From assembly GCA_964441405.1 (NCBI GenBank), contig CAYTYP010000002.1:76606-140605 (forward strand): a stretch of DNA of 64,000 nt. Direction: 5' to 3'. This DNA comes from an uncultured Acidobacteriota bacterium (GTDB lineage Bacteria > Acidobacteriota > UBA6911). The position numbers were made by a program, and so were the translations under genes. Each line of letters opens with the position of its first letter. The stretch's first letter is position 1. Positions 29,582 to 39,565 of the stretch are shown in pieces. The notes below the pieces were generated by a model that worked only from the letters and a program-made list of their open reading frames with translations, ran no database searches and had not been told where the DNA came from.

Positions 29582-31585
29582 ATGACACTATATGGCAGGC
29601 GCAAATGCGATGTATACCTATGCCTTATTGCGGTTTTACTGGTTTTCCCAGCGAGCCTATCCGCGCAGGATTCTGCGGATTCGCCCGGCTGGATTGCGAT
29701 TCCCGCTGCGGAGTATCAGTCGCTCCGCGCCAAAGCTTATCCGGTCGAGCCTATCCCTGAGCCTCCGCCTGTTCAATCCACGTTGACGCGCATCAGCTAC
29801 GATTTGCAGGTTGCCGGAGATCTGGCGATTGGCCAGGCTGTTCTGGTCGTGGATGTGATTAAAAACGGCTGGGTGCGCATCCCTATTCCTTCCTCTTTAT
29901 TGGTTCGCGCAGCGAAACTGGACGGCAAGCCGGTCCCACTGATCGGAGGCGATCGACCCGCTCCGGCGTCCCCCACGAAATTCGCTTCTAAATCCGTTGA
30001 AAAATATGCGGTCTTTTTTTACCAGGGACGGGCGGAGCTGCAACTGGATGTTGTGCTGCCTGTCACGGCAAGCGCCACGAATGAAAGCGTCACTCTGCCG
30101 CCCGCGGCGGCCGGAATCACGCAAGCCTCCATTCAACTGCCTCGGCAGGGGCTCGAGGTTAAACTTGCCGGAGGTTTTCTTGCGCAAAAAACGGAATCGG
30201 CAGCTCAAAGCAAGTGGCTGGCTTATGGCCGGGGAAACGCGCCTCTCGTGTTTTCCTGGTGGAAAAAGACTGAGGATCATCGCAGCAGCCAGCCTTTGCG
30301 CATGCGCGGAGCGCTCACGGAATTCGTCGGTTTGGGAGAAGATGTCATGTCGATTCAGGCGGAGGTCAGCGCAGAAATACTCCAGGGATCTGCTAAGGAA
30401 ATAAGAATAGAACTTCCGGATAAAGTCACCGTTAACCAGGTGGCGGGCGCTATGGTCGCCGATTGGGAAATGAAACCAGGAGAGCTTGTCGTTACATTAT
30501 TGGAGCCGGCTGAAAAAAGCGCCCGGTTCGTTCTCGGCGGTGAAATCCGGACTCCACGCGAGGGACAGATTGAAATACCTCTCCTGCGCATTCCCACCGC
30601 CGAGCGCGAAACGGGGGGAGTTGCGGTTGAGGTGCTGGGCGCGGGAGAAATTATTGATCGAAAATCGGCTGGGCTTGAAAGCGCGGATGCATCCGAATTG
30701 GGCGAGATCATTTCCAATCGCCAATCTCCTTCTCTTTTTGCATTTCGATTCCGATCGGGAGACGCCAAGGCGGTGCGATCCCTTGCCGTTAATGTAGCGC
30801 GATATACGCAAGAGGCTGTTTTGGTGGCTAATGTTGAAGAAGCACGATATCAAATTCTGATGAGCCTTGAAGGGAAGTCGCTTGTCCAGGCAAGGTATGC
30901 TATTCGAAACAACCAGAGAAATTTTCTCAAGATCACTCTTCCGCCGAATGCTGTGATTTGGGACGCCGCATTATCGGGAAAGCCGATCCGTCCGGGGCGG
31001 ACATCGGACGGCAGCCTGTTGTTGCCCCTGGAAAAGGCGCGTCCGGGCGAAGATGCGCCGGCTTTTACCGTGGAAATTCTTTACTTCAACAGGGGAGATG
31101 AATGGGGAGACAAAGGCAAATCCAAACTGGCGTTGCCGGAATTGGATCTTCCGATATCGCGCACTGGGTTGAAATATTTCTATCCCCCCTTTTATAAAGT
31201 AACGACCGATCCGGGGACTTTTCGAACGCAAGCCTATCAGGATCCCACTTCCGCTGCATTCAGAGGCGGATCCGGGACGCCGGCGGGCTCAGGTTCAGAT
31301 GCAACCGGGGATTTGTCTCCGCTCGGCGGCAACGTTACGGACCTCTTCAAAATAATGGGGGAGCCTAAACCGGAGGGGACTTCGGCGGAAAAAGCTACTC
31401 AAGCTCTTCTGGATCGTTACCGAGCCCGATCCCAACAAGGCAAGCGTACGGGCGTACTTCCCATCAAGATGGATTTCCTTCCATTCGGGCCTTCGATTTT
31501 TATGGTTTCTGAGCTGACCGCTGAAAATCAATCGCCGACTATTGACGTCAACTATGAAGCGGAAAAGAAAGGGGGCTCCCGATGA
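29582..31585 (+). CDS. Large secreted hypothetical protein of 667 aa. It is a paralogue of the downstream gene.
   Basis: Signal peptide present. Blocks are shared with the next ORF (LALPELDLPIS vs LTLPALDIPIS; NNQRNFLKITLPPNAVIWDAALSGKPIRP vs NHAQPFLKVGLPSGASILTAEVSGEKVKP). Confidence 0.5.
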   Translation: MTLYGRRKCDVYLCLIAVLLVFPASLSAQDSADSPGWIAIPAAEYQSLRAKAYPVEPIPEPPPVQSTLTRISYDLQVAGDLAIGQAVLVVDVIKNGWVRIPIPSSLLVRAAKLDGKPVPLIGGDRPAPASPTKFASKSVEKYAVFFYQGRAELQLDVVLPVTASATNESVTLPPAAAGITQASIQLPRQGLEVKLAGGFLAQKTESAAQSKWLAYGRGNAPLVFSWWKKTEDHRSSQPLRMRGALTEFVGLGEDVMSIQAEVSAEILQGSAKEIRIELPDKVTVNQVAGAMVADWEMKPGELVVTLLEPAEKSARFVLGGEIRTPREGQIEIPLLRIPTAERETGGVAVEVLGAGEIIDRKSAGLESADASELGEIISNRQSPSLFAFRFRSGDAKAVRSLAVNVARYTQEAVLVANVEEARYQILMSLEGKSLVQARYAIRNNQRNFLKITLPPNAVIWDAALSGKPIRPGRTSDGSLLLPLEKARPGEDAPAFTVEILYFNRGDEWGDKGKSKLALPELDLPISRTGLKYFYPPFYKVTTDPGTFRTQAYQDPTSAAFRGGSGTPAGSGSDATGDLSPLGGNVTDLFKIMGEPKPEGTSAEKATQALLDRYRARSQQGKRTGVLPIKMDFLPFGPSIFMVSELTAENQSPTIDVNYEAEKKGGSR

Positions 31586-33645
31586 AAAAATCATGGATGA
31601 TTCTATTGCTGGCTTTTTCTTTCCAATGTTTGGCCCAAGATGGCGGCAAGCTGCCGCTGCCTGTTTCGGGAAATGTCACCCTTCCGCTCGATCAATATAA
31701 TAAATTGATTGAGTTGGCGGGCAAGCCTGCAAGCAAGCCCGAGATCCCGCCTATTCCTTTCGCGATTAAGCGCGCTGAACTGAAGCTGCAGGTTACGAAC
31801 GATTCCGTTTTAGGAACTGTCCAATGCGACGGAGAAGTTTTTGTCAAAGGCATTGCTGAAATTCCGCTTATGAGCGCTCCTGCCGTTCTCGATGCGCGCC
31901 AGGCAGGCAAAACATTGCCCCTTCAGCAACAGGGAGGACTGCAAACTGCCCTGGTGTCCGGGCCCTCAGAGTTTTCCATTATGCTGGATGCAGGATTGCC
32001 CTTGAACATTGAACCTGGACGCGCGTCTTTTCAGCTGCCGGCGCCGGCGGCAGGCAGCGTACAGCTTCAATTGGAAATTCCCGGTGAACATACGAATGTG
32101 AGAATCAATCCGGGACTGATAACCCGTAGGTCTACGGATAACGGGCGAACCGTGATCGAAGCGACTCTCGCGCCCGGACAGCCTGCCAACCTATGGTGGA
32201 CGACTCGGGAAGCAGCGGCGCCCGCCGTCCCTCATGAAACCCGCTTTCTTTCCAGCGTGAAAACACTGGCTTCCGTCAATGAATCGGATCTCAAGCTCGC
32301 AGTTCTCGGTGAAATAATAGTGATCCAGGGCGAACCTGCCCAATTTGAATTGGAAATTCCACCTGGATTTGAATTGGCGGGAATTACCGGCGCTTCACTG
32401 GAATCGGAAGAATTGCAATCCGGCAGCCTGGTTTTGAAGGTCGATGGGCCTGCAAAACGAAACCATCAGTTCTTGGTTTCTTTGGAGAAGCCGATCGCCG
32501 CGGCCAAGACCGAAATTCCCTTTTTAAGTTTTAAGGGAGCGCAGCGGGAAACAGGTGAAGTTCTCGTTGAAGGGGAAGGGACAATGGAGCTTCACGCCAC
32601 GGAAGGCGGCGTCCTGAAAAGAATTGACTTGAAAGAAACCAACGCCAATCTGCGGTCTCTGGCGCGATTTCCCCTCCATGCGGCATTCCGCTACCATCGG
32701 CAATCCAGTGAGCCGCCCAGCTTGAAGCTGGAATGGAATCGCTTCCCGGACAGCAGCGTACTTCCTGCAGCCGCTGAACTCGCCGAGGCTACAACCCTGG
32801 TCACCTCTGAAGGCAGGTCTCTCACGGAAGTTAAGCTCATGGTTAAGAATCACGCTCAACCGTTTCTGAAGGTTGGGCTGCCTTCCGGGGCCAGCATTTT
32901 GACGGCTGAAGTATCCGGAGAAAAAGTCAAACCGGTGCAGGGCGCGGATGGCATGCGAGTGCCGCTGCTGCGACCTGGATTCCGACCTTGGGATCCCTAC
33001 TTGGTAACGTTTGTGTTTATACATGCGGGCACGCCGTTTGCAAAAAAAGGGGACTCGGAATTGACTCTTCCTGCGTTGGATATCCCCATAAGCTTCCTCC
33101 GATGGGAGGTTTTCATACCGGCAATTTACAAACTGAAAAATTTCGGAGGCGATGCCATGGCGGTTTTTCAGCTGCCTGCCGGTACAGTGCCATCCTATAC
33201 GATGCTGGCAAGCGCGCCGCCTCCCGCGGCGCCGCAAACGACCCTTGCCGGCCACAGCGCCGCAAACGTCAACGTTCAGAAAGATGGCGTTACGGCTAAT
33301 AACGTGCGTTGGGTAACCGGCATGAATACTCCCGTCAACCTCAACCCTGAGATGGTTAGCGAGTTTAAAGTTGTAATTACGCCTGTAGATGCCGAGTTGG
33401 GCAGAGGATCGGGGCAGATACAAGTAGTGACAAGGTCCGGGGGGATGGATGGCGGGTTTGACTTATCCAAGCCATCGGTTCCGGCCAATCCGGCTTCGGC
33501 CAATGTAGTGGATTTCCAGCGGCGCGTGTCGGGCGTCTTGCCGATCAGCGTGGATGTGCCTCGCACAGGCAATTCCTATAGCTTCGTAAGACCGCTCGTG
33601 CTCAATGAAGAGACTAAAATGACGTTTAAGTACAAAAGGAAGTAG
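31582..33645 (+). CDS. Large secreted hypothetical protein of 687 aa. It is a paralogue of the upstream gene and its start overlaps that gene's stop (ATGA).
   Basis: Signal peptide MKKSWMILLLAFSFQCLAQ. Paralogy is evident by eye. The C-terminal AELGRGSGQIQVVTRSGG resembles a TonB-plug-like motif. Confidence 0.5.
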   Translation: MKKSWMILLLAFSFQCLAQDGGKLPLPVSGNVTLPLDQYNKLIELAGKPASKPEIPPIPFAIKRAELKLQVTNDSVLGTVQCDGEVFVKGIAEIPLMSAPAVLDARQAGKTLPLQQQGGLQTALVSGPSEFSIMLDAGLPLNIEPGRASFQLPAPAAGSVQLQLEIPGEHTNVRINPGLITRRSTDNGRTVIEATLAPGQPANLWWTTREAAAPAVPHETRFLSSVKTLASVNESDLKLAVLGEIIVIQGEPAQFELEIPPGFELAGITGASLESEELQSGSLVLKVDGPAKRNHQFLVSLEKPIAAAKTEIPFLSFKGAQRETGEVLVEGEGTMELHATEGGVLKRIDLKETNANLRSLARFPLHAAFRYHRQSSEPPSLKLEWNRFPDSSVLPAAAELAEATTLVTSEGRSLTEVKLMVKNHAQPFLKVGLPSGASILTAEVSGEKVKPVQGADGMRVPLLRPGFRPWDPYLVTFVFIHAGTPFAKKGDSELTLPALDIPISFLRWEVFIPAIYKLKNFGGDAMAVFQLPAGTVPSYTMLASAPPPAAPQTTLAGHSAANVNVQKDGVTANNVRWVTGMNTPVNLNPEMVSEFKVVITPVDAELGRGSGQIQVVTRSGGMDGGFDLSKPSVPANPASANVVDFQRRVSGVLPISVDVPRTGNSYSFVRPLVLNEETKMTFKYKRK

Positions 33646-33663
33646 TCCGAATGGGTAAGAATT

Positions 33664-33728
33664 AAAAACGCCACGGATTTCACGGATTTTAAAATATATA
33701 AAAAATCCTTGAAATCCGTGGCGTTTTT
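33664..33728. terminator. GCCACGGAA-family hairpin/terminator, 19 bp after the stop of the second paralogue.
   Basis: aaaaacgccacggatttcacggatttt...aaaatccttgaaatccgtggcgttttt. Confidence 0.7.
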
Positions 33729-33959
33729 GTCATTACTCAGCGCCTTGAATACTTGTTGTGGAGACCAAACTTCGGGGAATTGGAACAAATGTACCGTGGC
33801 GGTTTTGCTTTTCCCCCTAATCCATTCAGTCTGTTGATGCTATTATCAATATTTTAGCTGGATGTGTATCAATGCTTCAAAAGATAGTAGTGAGCCCCTT
33901 GCCGGGAATGAGCATTAAAAATTCTGGCTCCTGGCTCCTGGCTCCTATAGGATAAAGCT

Positions 33960-35264
33960 ATGATTCGGATATTTCATGAGAAGGACAAAGCCAAGCTTTT
34001 CGAACGTCTTGAAAGCCGAAAAATTCTGGTTTCGGGAGAAATCGCAAGCTCAGTTCGGCAGATTATTTCTCAGGTGCAGCAAAAAGGGGATCAAGCGCTC
34101 CTGGAATACACAGAGCGATTCGATAAAATAAAAATGACTGCCCGGCAACTTCGCGTCCAGCCGCAGGTATTGCGTGCGGCGGCGAAGAAAGCGGATCCAG
34201 CGCTTTTGAGAGATTTGGAAAAGGCTATCTTCAATATCCATGCCTACCATGCGAGGCAGGAGCAAAAATCCTGGGAATATTCCAAGCGCGGGGTGGTTTT
34301 AGGTCAAAGAGTGCTTCCGCTGGATAGCGTGGGAGTCTATGTGCCTGGAGGCAGCGCCGCTTATCCCTCGTCCGTCCTGATGAATATTATTCCTGCGAAA
34401 ATCGCGGGCGTTCCGCGCATTGTCGTGGCGACTCCGCCCGGAACTTTTCAGCAGCACCCCATTATCGCCGCGGCTCTGCGTGAACTCAATGCAACCGAAA
34501 TATACCTGGTTGGAGGAGCTCAAGCCGTTGCGGCTCTTGCTTATGGAACGAAGAGCATTCCCCGGGTAGACAAAATAGTCGGCCCGGGCAACGCCTATGT
34601 GGCGGCAGCCAAACGGGAAGTGTTCGGACAGGTGGATGTGGACATGATTGCGGGTCCCAGCGAAGTGGTTATTCTTTCCACCGCTGAATCCAATCCAAGG
34701 TTTATTGCCGCGGATATGCTGTCCCAGGCGGAGCATGACGCCTCGGCGTGTTCGATCTGTTTCACAAATTCAATGCCGCATGCCATGCTTGTGAAACGCG
34801 AACTGGAAGTACAAATCGAGTCGCTGCAAAGGAAAGATATCGCCCGGAAATCGCTCCAGGACTTCGGGGCTGTCGTGGTTATGGACAGCCACCTGCAAGC
34901 AGCCCAGTGGATCAACGAAATTGCTCCGGAACACCTGGAAATTTTTTCGAGCATTCCTATTTCGATGATAGACAAAATCCGGAACGCCGGCTCCATTTTC
35001 TATGGGGATTATTCCCCGGAAGCGGTGGGCGACTATTTTGCCGGCAGCAATCACGTGCTTCCCACCGGGGGAACCGCTCGCTTTTTCTCGCCTCTCGGCG
35101 TCTATCATTTTCAACGCAGGACAGGCATTATCCGGTATACGAAAGAAGAACTGTCCCGCACCTGGAGATCCATCGATGCATTGGCGCGTTCTGAAGGATT
35201 GGACGCCCATGCCCAATCCGTATGCATCCGGCAGCAGCCGAAGGCATCGCGTCGCAAGGATTAG
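33960..35264 (+). CDS. hisD: Histidinol dehydrogenase.
   Basis: HisD family similarity across the whole length (VYVPGGSAAYPSSVLMN...AGPSEVV...QAEHD). Confidence 0.9.
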   Translation: MIRIFHEKDKAKLFERLESRKILVSGEIASSVRQIISQVQQKGDQALLEYTERFDKIKMTARQLRVQPQVLRAAAKKADPALLRDLEKAIFNIHAYHARQEQKSWEYSKRGVVLGQRVLPLDSVGVYVPGGSAAYPSSVLMNIIPAKIAGVPRIVVATPPGTFQQHPIIAAALRELNATEIYLVGGAQAVAALAYGTKSIPRVDKIVGPGNAYVAAAKREVFGQVDVDMIAGPSEVVILSTAESNPRFIAADMLSQAEHDASACSICFTNSMPHAMLVKRELEVQIESLQRKDIARKSLQDFGAVVVMDSHLQAAQWINEIAPEHLEIFSSIPISMIDKIRNAGSIFYGDYSPEAVGDYFAGSNHVLPTGGTARFFSPLGVYHFQRRTGIIRYTKEELSRTWRSIDALARSEGLDAHAQSVCIRQQPKASRRKD

Positions 35265-35269
35265 CAGCC

Positions 35270-36379
35270 GTGAAGAAGAATTCCCCGCTCTATGGCGTCA
35301 AACCAGAAGTTTTGAAGTCGCCCGCATACACGTTGCGCGCTTATGAAGCCGAGGTGAAACTCAATCAGAATGAAAATCCTTTTGATTTTCCTGTAGACCT
35401 GAAAGAGGAGATATTCCGGCGTTTTAGACAACGCAAATGGTCGATATACCCGGATTTCGTTCCCGATTCATTGCGTCTCAGCCTGGCGAAATTCGTCGGA
35501 TGGCACAAGGATGGCGTCCTGGTGGGCAACGGTTCGAATGAACTGCTGCAAGCCGCCCTTATGGTATTGGTAAGCAGGGGCATGCATGTCGCCATACCTT
35601 TTCCGACTTTCACGGTCTATAAATTGATCGCCACGGTTCTCGGCGCCAAAGTAGCGGGAATTCCTCTGAATCCGGATATGAGCTATAACGTGGATGAGCT
35701 GATATCGAAGGCGAATGAAGCGCGTGCGAAAGTGATTGTGGTCAATAATCCGAATAATCCCACCGGCTCCGTGTTGAGAAAGGAAGGAATTGTACGGCTG
35801 TTGGAGGAATTTTCAGGCTTTGTACTTCTGGACGAAGCCTACTATGAGTTTTGCGGATGCAGCGGCCTCGAACTATTGGAGCGCTACCCGCGCTTGATTA
35901 TTACAAGAACTTTCTCAAAAGCTATGGGCATGGCGGGGCTGCGCGTAGGATATTTGCTTGCGCATCCGGATTTGGCTGCCCAGATTTCGAAGGCGAAACT
36001 TCCTTACAATGTCAATCAGTTCAGCCTTATTGCGGCCGAGGTGGCATTGGAAAATATTGAAAGGTTCCGGCCGGCCATTGCCACCATCCTGAATGAAAGG
36101 GAGCGCTTGGGCAGAGAGCTGAGCGGAATTGCGGGCGTCAAGGTGTTTCCGTCGGAAGCTAATTTTTTCCTTGTCGAGATTCCCTTTGAGCCACGGACTC
36201 TTTTTGATGATTTATACCGTCAAGGCATCCTGATCCGGGATGTGTCTTCGTATCCGATGCTTTCGAGATGCCTGCGGATCAGTGTGGGCTCACCGGAGGA
36301 AAACGATCGCTTGATTTCCGCGCTGCGCGCCGGTGTGGAAAATGCAATGACCGGCGCAGCGCTTCGAGAACCCCTATGA
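35270..36379 (+). CDS. hisC: Histidinol-phosphate aminotransferase.
   Basis: KLNQNENPF...class-II aminotransferase fold. The GTG at 35270 is preferred, since it lies 6 bp after the hisD stop with an AAGGA just upstream. The track ATG at 35222 would overlap hisD. Confidence 0.85.
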   Translation: MKKNSPLYGVKPEVLKSPAYTLRAYEAEVKLNQNENPFDFPVDLKEEIFRRFRQRKWSIYPDFVPDSLRLSLAKFVGWHKDGVLVGNGSNELLQAALMVLVSRGMHVAIPFPTFTVYKLIATVLGAKVAGIPLNPDMSYNVDELISKANEARAKVIVVNNPNNPTGSVLRKEGIVRLLEEFSGFVLLDEAYYEFCGCSGLELLERYPRLIITRTFSKAMGMAGLRVGYLLAHPDLAAQISKAKLPYNVNQFSLIAAEVALENIERFRPAIATILNERERLGRELSGIAGVKVFPSEANFFLVEIPFEPRTLFDDLYRQGILIRDVSSYPMLSRCLRISVGSPEENDRLISALRAGVENAMTGAALREPL

Positions 36380-36966
36380 ACGGACGAACAGCAACTATTC
36401 ACCGAACTACAAAAGAAACCGATATTGCCGTCGCTCTGAATCTGGATGGCTCCGGAATCGGGCGCGTGCAGACGGGCGTGCAGTTTCTGGATCACATGCT
36501 CGATCTTTTCGCGAAACACGGTTTATTCGACCTCGAAGTTTCCTGCAAAGGAGACCTTGGGATCGACGCTCATCACTCAGTCGAAGATATAGGCATCTGC
36601 CTGGGAATGGCGCTGGCGCAGGCTTTAGGACAAAAAGAGGGCATCGTACGCTTCGCGCATTCGTTTTTCCCGATGGATGAGGCCCTGGTTCGAGTGGCGC
36701 TGGATCTCTCCGGCCGGTCCTATCTTGTTTATAATGTCAAAACGGAACGCGAACGGGTTGGAGAACTGGAATCGGAGCTTATCGAAGAATTCTGGAGAGC
36801 GGTTGTAGTCCATGCGCGGATGAATTTGCATATTGAGTTGCTCTATGGCCGCAACGCCCATCACATCTTTGAAGCCGTTTTTAAAGCCACGGCGCGCGCT
36901 TTAAGCCTTGCCTCGCGTGTGGATTCGCGAGTCCAGGGCGTTCCCTCTACCAAGGGAGTGCTTTAA
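36376..36966 (+). CDS. hisB: Imidazoleglycerol-phosphate dehydratase.
   Basis: RTTKETDIAVALNLDG...FLDHMLDLFAKHG...SVEDIGI. The ATGA overlap links it to the hisC stop. Confidence 0.9.
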   Translation: MNGRTATIHRTTKETDIAVALNLDGSGIGRVQTGVQFLDHMLDLFAKHGLFDLEVSCKGDLGIDAHHSVEDIGICLGMALAQALGQKEGIVRFAHSFFPMDEALVRVALDLSGRSYLVYNVKTERERVGELESELIEEFWRAVVVHARMNLHIELLYGRNAHHIFEAVFKATARALSLASRVDSRVQGVPSTKGVL

Positions 36967-36967
36967 C

Positions 36968-37588
36968 GTGTCCATCGCGTTCGATGCCGTTATAGTGGAT
37001 TACGGGATGGGCAATCTCCGAAGCGTGGAGAAAGCTGTTTCAGCAGTGGGCGGAACTTCGACTATATCCGCTGATCCGGCGGCCATTCTAAATGCGGAAC
37101 GGCTAATACTCCCGGGAGTGGGCGCGTTTGGCGACGCCATGAGAAACCTGGAACACAAGGGGCTGGATGATGCTATTCGAGAGGCCGTCCATGCAGGAAA
37201 GCCGCTTCTCGGGCTTTGCCTGGGGCTGCAACTTCTTTTCAGCCACAGCGAGGAATTCGGCAGCCATGAGGGATTGGATTTGATACCGGGGATGGTGCGC
37301 AGATTTGATGATTCAATTTTGCGCGTGCCTCATGTGGGTTGGAATCAGATCGAACCGATCCGAGCGGATCCTCTCTTGAAGAATATTCCGGGCGGAAGTT
37401 ATTTTTATTTCGTTCATTCTTTTTTTGTGGAACCGGTGAAGCAAGAAGATGTTTTGACGTGGACGAGTTATGGCCGGCCTTTCTGCTCTATTGCAAACCG
37501 GGGGAAAGTATGGGGGGCGCAGTTCCATCCCGAGAAGAGCCAGGATGCGGGCAAACAGCTTCTGCGAAATTTCCTCGAAGTCCTATAA
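36968..37588 (+). CDS. hisH: Imidazole glycerol phosphate synthase, glutamine amidotransferase subunit.
   Basis: IVDYGMGNLRSV...LPGVGAFG...GLCLGLQLL...HVGWN. The GTG start lies right after the hisB stop. Confidence 0.85.
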   Translation: MSIAFDAVIVDYGMGNLRSVEKAVSAVGGTSTISADPAAILNAERLILPGVGAFGDAMRNLEHKGLDDAIREAVHAGKPLLGLCLGLQLLFSHSEEFGSHEGLDLIPGMVRRFDDSILRVPHVGWNQIEPIRADPLLKNIPGGSYFYFVHSFFVEPVKQEDVLTWTSYGRPFCSIANRGKVWGAQFHPEKSQDAGKQLLRNFLEVL

Positions 37589-37643
37589 TCGGGAGCGCGG
37601 GCGAGACGCCCGAGCTTCAAAGACGAAAAAGAAGGCGGCAACT

Positions 37644-38375
37644 GTGTTTGAACTTATACCGGCGGTGGATCTTAAAGGCGGCAAATGCGTCAGGCTTCAG
37701 GAAGGGATTGCCTCGAAGTCGACGGAATATGGCAGCGATCCGGTGGCCATGGCGATCCATTGGGAAGCGCTGGGAGCCGCCCGCCTTCACCTCGTCGACT
37801 TGGATGGCGCATTTTCAGGCCGGGCAGCGCACCTCGAAATTGCCAAAGCAATTTTCAAGTCTCTCAAGATTCCGGTTCAGTTCGGAGGCGGGCTGCGGAC
37901 TTTAGAACAGGTTGAAACTATTCTTGGCCTCGGAGCCCAACGGGCTATTATCGGAACGGCGGCGGTTGACGATCCCGGAATGGTAGAAGAGGCCGTGCGG
38001 CGTCACTCTTCGGCGATTGTTGTCGGGATCGATGCACGCGGCGGCAAAGTTGCGCTGCGGGGATGGGTCGATCAAACCGTTTTGACCGGAGTCGAACTCG
38101 CCCAAAGGATGAAGAACCTCGGCGTGGAACGTGTGATCTACACCGATGTCGCGCGCGATGGAATGCTGCGCGGCGTGAATGTGGATGAAACGGAAAAATT
38201 ATGCCGTCAAGCAGGGCTAAGGGTTATCGCCAGCGGCGGCGTCTCGTCCGCGCATGACGTTCAGGCTATTTGGGAAAAACGCACCTGTGGGATCGAGGGA
38301 GTGATTCTTGGCCGTGCGCTTTATGACAAGAAAATCGATTTTACCGAGCTGAAAACCCAATTGCTCACATGGTAG
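37644..38375 (+). CDS. hisA: ProFAR isomerase.
   Basis: LIPAVDLKGGKCVRL...GGGLR...VIASGGVSS. GTG 37644 is chosen; the track ORF begins further upstream inside hisH. Confidence 0.8.
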   Translation: MFELIPAVDLKGGKCVRLQEGIASKSTEYGSDPVAMAIHWEALGAARLHLVDLDGAFSGRAAHLEIAKAIFKSLKIPVQFGGGLRTLEQVETILGLGAQRAIIGTAAVDDPGMVEEAVRRHSSAIVVGIDARGGKVALRGWVDQTVLTGVELAQRMKNLGVERVIYTDVARDGMLRGVNVDETEKLCRQAGLRVIASGGVSSAHDVQAIWEKRTCGIEGVILGRALYDKKIDFTELKTQLLTW

Positions 38376-38381
38376 TTCCTT

Positions 38382-39161
38382 ATGTTGGCGAAAAGAATTA
38401 TTCCTTGTCTGGACGTGCGCGACGGAAGAGTTGTCAAGGGCACCCATTTTGTCAATCTCCAGGACGCCGGGGACCCGGTCGAGACCGCGGAGATTTATGA
38501 TTCCGCGGGCGCCGACGAACTGGTCTTTTTAGATATCACGGCGTCGTCCGACCGCAGAGAAATTGTCACCCGGATGGTGCGCGCTGTCGCCGATAGAATC
38601 TTCATCCCGTTCACAGTGGGCGGCGGATTGCGCACCATTGAAGATATTCAGGCGATCCTGAGGGCGGGAGCGGATAAAATTTCTTTGAATACTTCTGCTG
38701 TGGAAAATCCCGATCTGATCGTTGACGCCTCAAAGTATTTTGGATCCCAGTGCATCCTGGTGGCGATCGACGCACGACGCGTCAAAGACTGGAATCCGGA
38801 TGATCCCAAGTGGGAAGTCACGACTCATGGGGGGAGAGTGACCAGTCCTTTGGAAGCTGCAGCCTGGGCAGCCGAGGCTGCCGATCGAGGAGCCGGCGAA
38901 ATATTGCTGACGTCCATGGATTGCGACGGGACTCAATCCGGCTATGATAATTTGCTGAACGCCAGGATTGCCGAAAAGGTAAAAATTCCTGTAATCGCCT
39001 CCGGCGGGTGCGGTTCGTTTCAACATATAGCCGACGCTTTTACCGAAGGGAAAGCCAGCGCGGCTCTGGCGGCTTCTATTTTCCACTTCGGCCGTCATAC
39101 AATCTCGGAAGCGAAACATTATTTACGTGAGCGCGGCATTCCCGTGCGACTGATTGAATAA
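38382..39161 (+). CDS. hisF: Imidazole glycerol phosphate synthase, cyclase subunit.
   Basis: [16 protein letters not shown]...[11 protein letters not shown]...GGGLRT...SGGCGS. Confidence 0.9.
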   Translation: MLAKRIIPCLDVRDGRVVKGTHFVNLQDAGDPVETAEIYDSAGADELVFLDITASSDRREIVTRMVRAVADRIFIPFTVGGGLRTIEDIQAILRAGADKISLNTSAVENPDLIVDASKYFGSQCILVAIDARRVKDWNPDDPKWEVTTHGGRVTSPLEAAAWAAEAADRGAGEILLTSMDCDGTQSGYDNLLNARIAEKVKIPVIASGGCGSFQHIADAFTEGKASAALAASIFHFGRHTISEAKHYLRERGIPVRLIE

Positions 39162-39177
39162 ATATTAGGAATCGGTT

Positions 39178-39510
39178 ATGAAAAGAATTGATGAATTGAA
39201 ATGGGACTCGAGAGGATTGATTCCTGCCGTTGTGCAGGATGCAACCACCGGTGAAGTATTGACCGTGGCTTATGTGAGCCGCGAGAGCATGGAAAAAATG
39301 AGGGAGTGCGGGGAAACCGTTTTTTTCAGCCGAAGCCGACAGTGTCTCTGGCATAAAGGAGAAACCTCCGGCAATACTCAAAAGGTCGTCAGCATCACGG
39401 CCGATTGTGATCAGGACGCCCTGGTTATTCGAGTAAATCCAAAAGGCCCGGCTTGCCACACCGGCGCGCGCTCCTGCTTCTTCGAAGAAGTTGAAGGTTT
39501 TGTAAAATAG
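39178..39510 (+). CDS. hisI: Phosphoribosyl-AMP cyclohydrolase.
   Basis: LIPAVVQD...[15 protein letters not shown]...WHKGETSGN...CDQDAL. It is 110 aa long with no fused HisE domain. Confidence 0.85.
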   Translation: MKRIDELKWDSRGLIPAVVQDATTGEVLTVAYVSRESMEKMRECGETVFFSRSRQCLWHKGETSGNTQKVVSITADCDQDALVIRVNPKGPACHTGARSCFFEEVEGFVK

Positions 39511-39565
39511 TGGAAACTAGGGCTGCGGCCTTAGTTCTCATTTTCCTCGAAACGGAGATGCGCCT

